From Squalus acanthias (taxonomy: Eukaryota): DNA of 64,000 nucleotides. The position numbers and the translations under genes are program-made. Where the stretch lies: positions 130,388,001 to 130,452,000 of the forward strand of contig CM059431.1 in assembly GCA_030390025.1 (NCBI GenBank), in the 5' to 3' direction. Every line of letters begins with the position of its first letter. Position 1 is the first letter of the stretch. The notes below the pieces were generated by a model. The model was not told where the DNA came from and did no database searches. It saw only the letters and a program-made list of their open reading frames with translations. Of this stretch, positions 50,248-62,676 are shown one piece after another.

Positions 50248-51427
50248 TGGGGGCTCTACTGACAGTCCCCCTCACGCTCGAGTATCTTCGGGAGAGGGAG
50301 CAGAGGCAGCAAAGATGAGGAGAAGATGCACACTGAGGGAGGAGGAGGGGGGCCAGGAGGGTTCTCAACAGGAGGCCTTACCTATCTAGAGTCTTCCAGG
50401 AGCACTTCTTATATCCATTTAAGTGAGGAGCAGTGTATTAGGAGGCTCCACTTCAGCAAGGAGGTGGTCACAGAACTCTGCCACCTATGCAACCAGACCT
50501 GCAGCCTCAGAGCAGGGCGAACACGGCTCTCCCAGTGGTAGTCAAGGTCACCCTGGCCCTCAATTTCTTCGCCAGCAGATCTTTCCAGTCTGCAGCAGGA
50601 GACATAACTAACATCTCACAGTTCACCGTCATCGCTGCACCTGGGAGGTCACTGAGGCTCTCTATACCAGGAGAAGGGACAACATTGTCTTCTCTCTGAG
50701 CAGAGAGAAGCAGGACGAGCACGCATGCGACTTTGCCAGGATGCCGGGCTTCCCCATAGTGCAGGATGCCATCGACTGCACCCACGTGGCTTTGCGGGTG
50801 CCGCCTAACAATCCTGAGATCTTCCATAACTGCAAAGGCTACCACTCATTCAATGTGCAGTTGTTGTGCGACCACACCCAGCACTTCCTGATGGTCAATG
50901 CCCACTATCCTGGCAGCAGCCATGATGCCTTCATCCTGCGCCAGTCCGGAGTACCAGCAATCTCCCAGCCATGACCACAAATTCAAGGGTGACTGCTCAG
51001 AGACAAGGGCTATCTGCTCTCCACCTGTCGCATAACTCCCCTTTGCAACGCCAACACTCGTGCCCAGCACTCATATAATGAGAGTAATGCTGCCACCAGG
51101 AACATCATCGAGCAGATCATCAGGCTACTGAAGCAACGGTTCTGCTGCCTTGACTGCTCGGGAGGAGCCCTCCAGTACATGCTGGAACGGGTGTCCCATT
51201 TTGTCGTGGTCTGCTGCATGCATAATTTGGCCATCATGAGGGTGCAGCCCTTGCCACTAGGGATTGCTAGATCAGCTCAGGAGGAGGATAAGGGAGAGGA
51301 GGAGGAGGAGGATGATGAGGAGGAAGCGGAAGAGGAAGAGGACGATGAGGGAGGGAGGAGGCAGGCAGCCAATCCCCCTTCAGGATGGGCGGTCCGTGAA
51401 TGCCTCATCAGACTCCGATTCCAATGA
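50248..51427 (+). pseudogene. Harbinger (HARBI1-like) transposase pseudogene
   Basis: Pieces across frames: [103 protein letters not shown]; several frameshifts and stops. Confidence 0.9.
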
Positions 51428-51619
51428 ATGAAACTCTAGGTCCCTGTTGCTCACCACATCCCCATCATACCATCCCTCTGTCACGGAATATCACAGTGTT
51501 CTCCTGAGCACAAAGCTGAAATGAGAGACACCACAAAAGATTCCAAACAATATGAATACATTTTTCAATAATTACCACATATTTACAGTAACAATATGAA
51601 CTAATCGCCCTTGTGCAAT

Positions 51620-53483
51620 CCCTTAGTGCCTGTCGTTCAATGCCCTTTCTTGTCCTAGTGCTCCTATGAAGTGTCTCCCCAGTGGCTGCAGCAGGAAGGC
51701 TGCTGACTTTCCATGCAGGAGACTTCAGATGGCCTTGCAGGACGACCTCGAGCAGCTCTGGCCCTAGAAGGCCCGGCTGTACAATGCACCACCTCGGCAT
51801 GGGCGGCAGCAGTCTGGGCTGGCTGGCTGGCAGCAGCAAGGGCAAGGCGGAGTGGCAGTGATGGGAACAGGAATGCTATCACCTTGAGAGAGGTCAGCAG
51901 GGTCCTGCTCCACTGACCCACTGCCACTTCCCCGGGGCAGCAGCGCAGCATTCCTAGTAATCTGCTGGAACATGGATTGCTGGGCTGCTGCGACATCCTG
52001 CAAGCCCCAGTCGACAGTGGTAAACCCAGCCATGATGGCATCAGTCTGAGTATGGGTGGCATCAAACTGAGACTGCATGAAAGCGGTCTGCACTTCCGCT
52101 GCAGCACTAAGACGTTGGGTCGCTTCTGCCTGTGCTGCAATGGCAGCCGCGACATGCACCATCACGTGTGGGTTGGCACGCTCTCTTTGGGAGTCTTCCA
52201 TCATTTCGAGGCTGGAAATCCTGGGCTCCATGCTCTGCGCAGAGCCCCATGCAATGTCGGAGGCGGACTCCTCCACACTCCTTGACATTGCCAAGAGGCT
52301 CTCTGGCAGTCTTGCCGTTGCATCTAGCAACTTGGGGTGCATGCCCATCACCCTGCTTCTGAAGGCCGCCCCATTGAGGTCCTGTGCATGCAGAACTCAT
52401 CTCCAGGAAGCTGGCCCCCCGAGCTATCCTTTCCCACTGGCCCTGCTGCAGCCCACTCGTGCCCGGTCCCTCATCCTGTGCAGATCCTGCTACTACACTA
52501 GCCTTAAAAGTACGCACAGTGCCGGTTTCTGAGCTGGTATCTGCGAGTGACAGATACAGTGACGCAGTGTCTTCTTTTTCCCCCTTGCTCTTGTGCATCA
52601 CTTCGGGGATAAGCTGCTCCGGTGCTGCTTGTTGATTATCTGAAAACAGAAAGGCACAAGAGTCTGGTTATGGTGAGGGGAGGGAGGTTGGAGAAGCAAA
52701 ATATGCATGCATACAACATCAGCAGCTTGAAAGTGGGAAGAGATTGTGGGATGAGGTGGAAGTGGGATGTGAGAAGAAGAATTAGGAATGACCGTACCGT
52801 TGTTGTCCCCAAGGGGTTCACCCTCGTCGGTTGCCACAGCGTCTATGACCTGCCACCCAATTATCTCCAGCACTCTCTCCTCCAGCTGGCTGAGGCCCTG
52901 GATGACAGCCTGCACCCCACCTGTCTGCTGCTGCTCCCGGCGGTTATATGCAACCTTGGCCTGCAAGAGAAAGAGAAGTGTGTGAGTGTGGTGCAATGTG
53001 TTTGGGTGTGTGCCTTCCATAGCTGAATAGCTGTCAATGTGTGCAAGGTGTGAGATGTGGGTGTGAGTATTGCATCAGTGGTAAGGTTGTGAGAGTGAAG
53101 TGAAGCTATGATTGTGAGGTCTGAGTGGTGATAGGTGGAGATTGTTGGTAGGTGAGTGCTGGGGGTGTGGTGCATTGAGTAGTGTGTGAGGCTTGTGGTG
53201 CAGATGGTGGGATATGGCATTTGCTGAAGCCTTCACTCACCTTGACCACTCGCGTAAGGTCATTAAACTTCTTTTGCTACTGGATGGCCGACCTTGGCAC
53301 CACAGTGCTGGCCATTCCATGGGCGGCTATCTCCTTCCACAGCTTTCGAGAGGTGTGTGGCGCAGGGCTTCCTTCTAGTCTGTAGGAAGAGGATAGCCTG
53401 CCTCATCTCCACAGCCACAACCATTGCTGCAGAGCTGCGTCAGTAAATTTCCGGGCTCTCTCCCTTTGAAGATGCTCCACCAT
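51620..53483 (-). pseudogene. Harbinger Myb/SANT-like DNA-binding gene, three exons (53483-53241, 52960-52798, 52639 to about 51620)
   Basis: Exon 1 MVEHLQRERARKFTD..WKEIA..RSAIQ*QKKFNDLTRVVK|GTGAGT; TTGCAG|exon 2 AKVAYNRREQQQTGG..|GTACGG; TTTCAG|exon 3 continues in frame into ORF 52107..52601; internal stop and frameshifts. Confidence 0.8.
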
Positions 53484-53826
53484 GGCTTTGCAGTTCATTA
53501 TTCTTCTGGCAGCTGCAGTTCCAACTGGCTTGACAATGAAATGCTGTACCATCAATGCACCTCCCCTTTAAGTACTGGATAAAGCCTGTGCCACACATGA
53601 CTGGGAATTAGACTGGCCCTGATACTGGTGCACCTGTTGAGCGTTAAGCCAATGAGCAGCAGTTTTAGCGCTGAAATCAAGACTATAATCATGTTAATAA
53701 GCAGTGAGCACAAATGTTGCATGCTACCTAGACCATTTTGAGGTGGCACAACTTAACATCGTTAGTCCTTAACACGGTCCGTTTCGCGGCTATATCCAAT
53801 TTCTAGGCCAACGGGCTCAACAGCCT

Positions 53827-55221
53827 GGTCTAGAATTTTGAGTCGGCCGGAAACCTGCCGGTGACACCGCCGACCAAGTCTAATGGTCGCCCGCAAAAAG
53901 AACACAGGTACCACCGGTATTTTGGTGCTGCCTGCTGATTTACATGAGTGGAGTGGAGATTCTATTGCGCAACGCGCTCTTTCTGGTGCTAACCTCAGCA
54001 GGAGGCCGAAGGTCGCGTCTGAAGGCTTGGTGTGGCGTTCTCATGCAATATACTGTGTCGGATCATTTGGTGACAGCTCCTGGGTTTTGCTATTGAGTCC
54101 GCTGATGGCCCGTGTAGGGTTGGAGCATTGTGCATTATGGCACATCACAACGCTTTTGTTTGTCCACGGACATTTGTCTTGGTCTTGTGTGGGGTCCACA
54201 AATGGGTGCCAGACTGCCTGGTACTCCCACCTTCACTGGCTGCCATAGGTCCACAGATCTTTCACCCAGATGGTTGCTGTGTGGAGGTTTGTGCTCCACC
54301 ATGGTGCTGGAGGGGGAGGGGGATGGGGATGCACCATCTTGCAGCTCACAGTGACAGTGCTCTAGCCTGCATATCACAAAGGGGAATCACTCCCTGGTGA
54401 GTGGCTCTTAAAGCACAGGCTCAGATCTGCAGGGACTGTGACTGGAAAAACCACAGAAAGGCTGTGGCACAGATGTCCTTAAACTATTGCATGAGAAATC
54501 AATAGAAAGAAATTTAAAAAAAGGGGAACATGATCTCTTGGTCAGGAGTTTATTGGTGTAAATGGTGCAGAGGAGAGTTCAATTAAATTTTTAACAACAG
54601 CAGACTTTTGAAGAACTCTTGTTGAGAATATGCTGCCAAGCCTTTTAAAAGCAGACTTCCAAACTGTGCATATTATTTTATCAGTTGCTAAACTAGAAAA
54701 CGCCAATGTATAAAATTTAAAGGAAATGCAACTTTGATTTTTTTCCTGAGATTATTACAACTGTAGTACAGTACAGTTTGTTTTAAAAGTATTTACCTCT
54801 TACAATGTTTGACTGACCGGGGGGAGATTGATGCATCTCACTGGAAGCAGTTTTCACTCCAATTACACAGTCTGAGCTCTCCATAGTTACCAGTTATCTC
54901 AGCAGCTGTTTACTGTACGGGTTATAGCTCACCGCCGCTTTCTCCCGCCTCTCCACGCTGTCAACGGTAGCGCGCATGGGTGCTTTTGGAGAGGGCAGTA
55001 AGAGGAGCGGCGAGCTCCAAAATGGATGAGCGTGCGTCAATTCGGCATTGCATGCTGATTGACGTCACGCTGCTGCTAATTAAAATACTTGCCGCGAGTG
55101 CAGGCAATGGCAGTGCTGCCGACCTGCTGAAAATGGCAGTGGGCGGAAGTGAGGTGGCCGTCATTTTTTTTCAACAAAGCGGGCCTTAACCACCAGAGCT
55201 AACACCTCCAATCTCTAGGCT
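53827..55221 (-). mobile_element. Second Harbinger-type element or pair of end fragments next to the full-length copy
   Basis: GGTCTAGAATTTT at 53827; rc of 54950-55221 starts AGCCTAGAGATTGG and resembles 49759-50010; no matching TSD. Confidence 0.5.
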
Positions 55222-57858
55222 AGGGTTGTGTTGTAACATTCTATGATGAGACCTGTTTACCCTAATGACCTTTGACCCTGAGCACTGGAGAAATATCTAA
55301 GTAAACCCTAAAAACGTGACAGTCAGTTCTATCCCTGCTGTGTTTTATATATGAGTGTGCATCTCAGGTCTCAAATTTAAGGGGAACCGAGGAATGAATT
55401 GCTTCAATTCAGAAGCAGAAACTTCCATAACCTACCTTTTGCAAAAATGAATTTAGCTTCTGTCCAAATTAGCAATATACATTGGCCCCCCCTTCAAAAA
55501 TTAGTCACGTCACCCCTTTCCCCAGTTCCTCTCGGTGCCCCCCAGTGAGGAACCCAGAAAGTCATGCTTAGCTCCCGCTGAAAAGTCAATAACATTTTCT
55601 TTTTCTATTTTTTTCTCTTCCTTAATCTTAAATATACTCCAGTTTTAACACACAGTGTGATGGAAATTAGTTCCCCTTCTGGACATGGTTTTGTCATTAA
55701 GCTGAAGTGATGCATTACTGTGGTTGCATAGGGAAAAAATGAGGACAGATGGCGAGTCCATTATTCTTTTAAAAAGAAATTCATCATTTCAGGCAGAACT
55801 AAAATCTGTTAAGGGTCGATCGCTACAGTTGCTGGAATTGCATTGTTTTGAAGTTGTTGGGCTCACTGTGGAACAGCTCCGCTGAGGATCTGTACATTCT
55901 ATTAGCTCACCTTGCTTTGCATTAAAGTGCAGCAAAGTGACTAATGACTTTTGAATAGCATATAATGGGAATGTTCTTTTGAAAATCAATATAAAATTAT
56001 AGTCCTTGATAGTGCTGAAGCACTGTGGTGAACGTCCTGCGCATTTGAAAAAAGACCTTTAGGGAAGAAGGCTCACCTTATCCAGCAAGGTGCCAGATGG
56101 CAAGTTGAAAGCAATTTAAGAATGTTTGCACAAGTTGTTTCCATTGGTACAGCGAGAGCACAGACATTACATTTTGACAGTATGACTGATAGGCCACTAA
56201 TTAAAGGCTTCCTCTTCCGTGACCTATCATAAATTTAATGTCTTCAAGTAAATGTTGTCATGCAGAGTTAAAGACTTGAACTTACAGCCATATTAGTTTT
56301 GTTAGTATTGATTAATGTGTGCTAATTAAAATCCGTGTGTTTTTGAATTCCATCCTCTGTCACACTTCTGTAATGTTAACATTTCATTTTCATTTGAATT
56401 TCATAAACATTTTCAGTTATATGGCAATTTAAATCAAATTTCACAACTTAGCCTGTTTTTAAATAATACAGATAATTGCTATTCATGATTGACGTTTATG
56501 ATCAGTAATAGTGACATGGGCGCAAATCCATTTAAAAGTATATAGCTGTGTGTATTTTAAGAGTTATATATGTCAAAATAGATTACCATTATAAACCAAT
56601 ATGAGTGATTGTCATTCCCATTGGGATATGCTGGGAGGCCTGTGTCTACCATCTTATATGGATGAACAAGTTGCTGAATAGCTATGTTTTATGATGATTC
56701 ATGTTTTATGACGATTCAATGTTTGAATTTATGACTATTGTAGACTGTAACCTTCATATTTAATGACATTGTTTAGGACTGATGATTTCATGATAAAAAT
56801 GTTGTACATTTGTATCCATATGTACAAATTATATAACACTCTTATGCTTTCTTAGAGGATTGTATTTTGGGAATTCCTGATAGTATTATTAAAATTTGAA
56901 TCAACAGTTTTAAAGGTTTACCAGATGCACGTTACTTGGAATCCGGAATGTGAAACTGTTGCGTTGTCCAGTGGTATTAAATATATTTATTCATGTGAAA
57001 GGTGTATATTGTTTTCTCACTGTGAGATAGAGTTAAACTGCAGCTCCTTGAGAAACGGCAGTGTTATCTCCGTACGCCAACTTTGCCAAAAAATAGAATT
57101 GAAAAAAATGTTCTTTGGGCAATTTGGAAATTCCCTTCATACATTGTGACAGCGCACAAAGAACACAAATCTAGAAAATAGCATTTCAACTTTGTCTATC
57201 GCTTCAACAAATAAAAAGACAAACCGAAACACTTTGTTTATATTACTGGAGAACGTTTTTGCCCACCAACATACTGCCAGTAGTCTATCACTTCCACCTT
57301 CCTGCACAATCATTCAGTTGCACGGCTCAGATGTCCAGGAGCCTGTTTCAGTTGATTATTTCTTCCCCCCCACCCCCAGCTATCTTGATTCACGTAACAC
57401 TTTCCATGAAAATGCAGTGGTTCTTGTCCGCTCTCTGTAGATTTCCTGATCTAATCAAAACCATTTCAAGTCTCCTGTTGTAGCTTAAATCAAACTTTGG
57501 TGAAGAAGCTATGCGTTTTTGTCTTTCTCATCCTAAATACCAGGACACATACTTCTTCAATAAGGGTGAAGAAATGAACTAAACAGATTATACACCATCA
57601 TTTTAGGTATTCATTAATTAGTTGGCTGCATGTTTTCTTCTAGCTCAAATGACTGAGTTCTACATATATTCTACATAGCATCATGGATCACTGCAGTAGT
57701 TAACTCCAAAGTTCAATAAAGGTGCAATTAAAATTTGGTCTTAAAAACCTGAAATTAATGTATTGCCGCACCCACATTTCTAATTGTGTGTTGAATGATT
57801 TAATTGTCTAATTAAATGCTGCATTTAAACTGAACAATTCTTTTTTTATTGATTTCAG

Positions 57859-57979
57859 TTATACACATCAAGTAGTTGGCAATGGCATCAAAGCCCAGTC
57901 GAGCAACCCAGAGGTGAAAGTGAAAGGAACTGACCCAGTCATAAATCAGATCATTGATAAACTGAAGCACATCAATCAG
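57859..57979 (+). CDS. GPC5: Glypican-5 internal coding exon (equivalent to exon 6), 121 nt
   Basis: Polypyrimidine tract + TTTCAG acceptor, CAG|GTAAGC donor; 1 nt + 40 codons: YTHQVVGNGIKAQSSNPEVKVKGTDPVINQIIDKLKHINQ, matching my recollection of GPC5 YTQRVVGNGIKAQSGNPEVKVKGIDPVINQIIDKLKH. Confidence 0.93.
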
Positions 57980-58394
57980 GTAAGCAAGACTGTCCCAATG
58001 TGACAAGGCACTGCAGTGCAGTGATCCAGAGCTCATACAGCTGCATACACTATATCTGGAAAAGGGTTGAAGAATGCATGAAATAAAGAGAAAATATATT
58101 TTTTTAATTCTCTTTTTGTCCATGGGTATAGGAAATATATGAATGCAAAACCTGAGGATGGTAAACCTTCATTAAAAGTATGGATCTAATTATTCCTCTA
58201 TTAAACTGACATCTGATACTGTTTAAGTCTGGTAAACCCACAGAAATAAGTTAATTCTCTCACTCATGGACCATAAAATGTAATGGTATCATTTTTCTGA
58301 TGAGTGCTGCTCTGGAAACTGTGATCAACCAAGAAACAACTAACTCTGCCAGGGCACCTCTTCTCTCTTAGCTCACTTTTCTTTGGTCTTACTC

Positions 58395-60655
58395 TGCACA
58401 AGAGCACAAGCTAATTACAGATGGGAAGGCCATTTGGCCCATCTTTATTTATCCATCCAGACAGATCCTAATATCCCCTGCCCCCCATTGTAGCATCTAA
58501 TTGTTTCTGAAATGATTCCAGGGTTTCTGCAGCCACTGCTCTATCTGGAAGTCCGTTCCACATGTTGATCACTTTTGTGTGAAGAAGAATTTCCTGATGT
58601 CAGTCCTAAAATTACCTTTTACTAGTTTGATCCTGCATTTCGTAGTTCTACTCAAAACAATTTAATTTAAAGTAATATTATAGGCTAATTTTCTCCTTTA
58701 TACCTTTAACAATCTTATATACCCAAAAGCCCAAGTTTCTCCTGCCTTTCCTCATAACTCATATACCTGACATGAGGAATTAGGCTCATGGCTCTTCTCT
58801 GCACTTCTTACAGCACTTGAATGTCTCTCTTGTTTCTTGGCAAACAAAACTAGATGTAATATGCAAGGTGCCCTCTGATCATAGCGCTATATACTTTCAT
58901 CATTACCTGCTTTGACTCATATTCTGCTGTTTTTGCAATGTAGCTCAACATTCTATTTGCTTTTGTTTCTTTCATGGTCTTTTGCCTTGCACCATCATCC
59001 CTTTTTGTCATTTAATCACTCCTGCCTTCCACCCTATCGCAGACCTTCCCTTTTGTTCTTTCCTCCCCTCCCCCTTTCCTTGCCTCTGTACTTGCTTAAA
59101 ACCTATTACATCGCTAACATTTTCTAGTTCTGACGAGAGGTCACCGACTTCAAACATTAACTCCGTTTCTCTCTCCACAGATGCTGCCTGACCTGCTGAA
59201 TATTTCCAGCACTTTCTGTTTTTATTCTATTTGCTTTATTGATTGCAGCTCTGCCTTGGTTGGACATATTTAGCACTAAGTCCATTGTGTCTCCTAGGTC
59301 TCTTTCAACTTCAACCTTAGCTGTTTCAGCACGATTCATGAAGTATATGTGTTGTCTATTTTTCCTTCCTCTGCATATCAATTTCCACTTGTCTGCATTA
59401 ACTTTCGTCTCCCATTGTTCTGTCCACTTGCATATTTTGTACAACCGATTCTGAAATTCCTGAGATGCCTCCTCTCATCCCACTGCCCCTCCTAGTTTGG
59501 TATCATCCACAAATTTGATCACTTTCCATTGAGTTTATGAATCCAGGTCATTGATGTAAATTAGAAACAGCAGTGAACCCAGCATTGAGCCTTGAGGTAC
59601 CCCCACACTGACATATCTCCTTCAATTCATTGTTTCCTACCCTCCAGTCAGTTTCTTATCCCATCCCATGGTTTACGCTGAAGCCCCGCAGCTTTGAGTT
59701 TAATTAATAGTGTTTCGGTCAGATATTATCAAAAACCTTTTGGAAGTCGAGGGACACCATGTCTTATCACAATCCACTTGGGCTGTCACTTAGGTTGGTC
59801 AGGCAGGATCTTCCTCTTCTGAATCCATGCTGACTGATGTTATCTAGGTTATTGTTGTATAGATGATCCTCAAGTTCAATCCTGGTAATCAATACCATTA
59901 TTTTATATGGAATGGAAGTAGGATTAAGATGTCTGTAGTAGCCTGTGTTTGTTTTGTTATCACATTAGACTGTCTCCAATCTTCTGGTGCCTCCCCCATG
60001 ACCATTGGCTCCCTCAAAATGATGGTCAGTGCCTTACATATCTCCTTGCACGTTTTTTTCTCAGCACTCTGGAATAATAGCATCTATTCCTGAGGATTTA
60101 TTTGCTGAGCCCATTTGGCCTGTCTAGAACTCCCATCTCGTATATGGAGAAGTCATTGATTTTACTTGGGATATATTTGTTTGAAATTGCTCATGGCTTC
60201 CCTTGTGAATCCTTAGAGGAAGTAGTCATTCGGAATATTTACTATTTTGTGTTCACCCTCACTTTCAAGTCTATTTACATCCTTTATGGTTTTCACCTCA
60301 CTGCACTCTTTCTGTTGTGGTACAGAATTTTTTTTACTGTTATACTTAGCCTTTGCTGCTATAGCTTTTTCCAGGTCTCTCCTTCCCCCTCTGATCGCCC
60401 TTTTAAATGTTTTATGCATTTTCATAAATTCATCGTTGCGACCTCTTCTTTCTCCCTGCAGGATTTGTAGAGGCTATTTCTGCTCTTTATCTCACTTGTT
60501 AATCCATTCAGGGTCAAGCTTCTTTCGTCTGAACTTATTGATTTTGGGAATGTATTTATCCTACAAGCTCAACATTATACCTTTAAAGGTGTTCCTCTTG
60601 TCTTCTACTCAAATGTTATTCAGCAACCTCCTCCAATTTATTGCTTTAGCTGTTC
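58395..60655 (-). mobile_element. Old CR1 LINE ORF2 + 3' end, decayed; same family as 44640-46350
   Basis: KRAIRGGRRDLEKAIA (60213..60425), EICKALTII..PEDWRQSNV (59898..60083), KWTEQWETKVNADKW (59157..59444); GVPQGSML and KFVDDTKL motifs near 59500-59605. Confidence 0.8.
58964..59223 (+). mobile_element. Penelope-like terminal repeat inserted in CR1 with a 14-bp target duplication
   Basis: ATTCTATTTGCTTT at 58950-58963 and 59224-59237; contains a degenerate hammerhead at 59126-59162 and CACAGATGCTGCCTGACCTGCTGA. Confidence 0.78.
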
Positions 60656-61983
60656 CAGTGCTGCCTGAAAATTTGATTAGAGGGGCCTTGGGTCATCCCC
60701 CGTCCCCCTAACAATTATCAACTGCCGGCCGCTTGTATTTCAGACAAGATACGGGAGGCCAACAGTTAAAAATTGCCCCCACAGTCTCAGCAACGTGTTG
60801 CTCAGATTGGGGACTGATCAGTGCAGGAATTGACCCCACTTTTGTCCCTTACTCCACGGCTCTGAACTTCAATGCACTCAGTACATTCAACACCATAATG
60901 GTAAGTCAGACGTCCTACCACCTGAAAGCATTTGCTGAGATATTTCAGTGGTGCAGCTGGTAAGACCCAGATCGGTAGCATCATTTATTTTTGCCTGCTG
61001 CAGGCCCACACACTTTCTGCTTATGTTTGTCTGGAATGCTTGCTGCCATGAAAGTAAGCCACAAAATAATTACAATTTCTACTATCTATCGCATCTTTTT
61101 GTGCATATGCAAAAAAAACTCGGCTGAAATACAGATGTTGTCATCTCTTGCACACCTTCACCCAGTGAAGCACTGACTGCTGAAAATCCATGAATCATAT
61201 CAGTGATTTTTTAATAAAGATACAGATCTAATACATTAGGTCAGCTAAAAGTCTAAGCCAACTGGTGGGAATGCTTTTAATTTTCCTTCAAGCAAGTTGG
61301 TCTCCATGTCAATTACAATAACTCCCAAGAGATTCCAAAACACTGAAGAGAGGAAGAATAATTTTTGTTGAAAAAGAAATGGTCTGACATAAGTATATAG
61401 AATAAAAACTTGTTCAAACACTGTATCTGGTTGCTGGTCTAGCTGTGTAACAATGTGCCAAGTCTTAAAATATAAATTGAAATCCCTGTTTTGTATGTCT
61501 CCATAACATAATTTTAACTGAATTACTTGTTTGAAAATAAGACATGGGGTCACATGAGATACAATATATAGTGTTGGACAAGTGGAGGTCATATGGAACA
61601 AGAAAAAAATGACGTACATCCCTAGTGATTTCCTCAGCTTTAGATTGACTGACTGATTCATGTTCAATGCAGGCTAAATTCATTAAAAAAAATCTATGTT
61701 GTTGGGGGGGGGGTGGAATTTTAACCGCAAATCGTTTCCAGTGGGAAACTGCTGGTTTCAGTTACATTCCCACCTCCTGGGCACAACAGAATGAGGCCAC
61801 AGCGATTTTAACTGGCAGGCCTCATTAACTTGATGCCGGTCGACTTCCTGTCTAGATGAATGGAAAGCAGCATCTAGCCTGTAGAAATTCGGCCAGCCCT
61901 TGGCTGAGAGTGAGTCTTAGAGAGTCTGTGTGAGAGACTCTGTGAGAGAGTGAGGGGTAGAGAGTATGGATGACAGAGAGAGT

Positions 61984-62676
61984 GGCTGCGATATTAAACC
62001 CCCCTCCAACGACAGACAGGAGAGGGTCGGGGATGGTTAAAAATGAAAAAGCAGGGAACCCGACCACAACTACCACATACGCGCTCGTTGCCATTTTTAC
62101 CACAGTGGGTTTCGTAGCATCCAAGTGTACCAGCATGGAGATGCGGGGAACTTCATTAACATATTTAAATTTGGCTCCCACAGTGCGATTAGGAGCCTTA
62201 TTTAAATTTTACAGATGCCGCACGGGTTTCCCAGGGATCAGGAAACCTGGCAGTGAAAGGGAGGCAGGAGCTGCCGGCTCCACAAGGTAAGCAGTTTTTA
62301 TGGGTCAGGGCTCCCCCTGGCACCTCAAGGAAGTCTTCAGTCTCCCCTCTTCTGATTGCGGCCTCTCTCTCCATCCAGCTGATCGCGGCCGATCTCACCT
62401 CTGCCCAAACCCGTATGCCAACCTTCTCCCCTCACCAAATGCCGGGGACTGTCCCCAAAGGTCCCTGGCTGTGGCCTCCTGCTGCTGATTTTCCCTCCTG
62501 CCCACTGGCCAGCCTGTCAAATTGGCTGTCTGCTGTGTGGGAAACTAAAGAAAAAAATGATAATGAGGTCCTGCCGTTAAATTATACATGACCTCCCATT
62601 CCCAGGCTTTGCCGGGTTCTTTGGCTGTTTTTGTTCTCATCTGCACCCACCCTGCATCCCCGTAAATATCGGAGCC
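61984..62676. mobile_element. Harbinger-type MITE (693 bp), apparently nested in another element starting near 61711
   Basis: TIRs GGCTGCGATATT and rc GGCTCCGATATT; TSD AGT/AGT; outer left end GGGTGGAATTTTAAC near 61711. Confidence 0.82.

Larger units (their letters stand above)
49759..53809 (+). mobile_element. Near-full-length PIF/Harbinger transposon (4.05 kb), decayed
   Basis: TIRs GGCCTAGAGATTGG and rc GGCCTAGAAATTGG; convergent transposase (+) and Myb/SANT-like (-) genes; TSD degraded (GAT/AAC). Confidence 0.9.

Noticed and set aside
1..57858. Upstream glypican exon and miR-17-92 hairpins
   Set aside because: No spliceable CWNG-encoding segment and no recognisable miR-17 family sequence found by eye; a spliced alignment would be needed to exclude them fully
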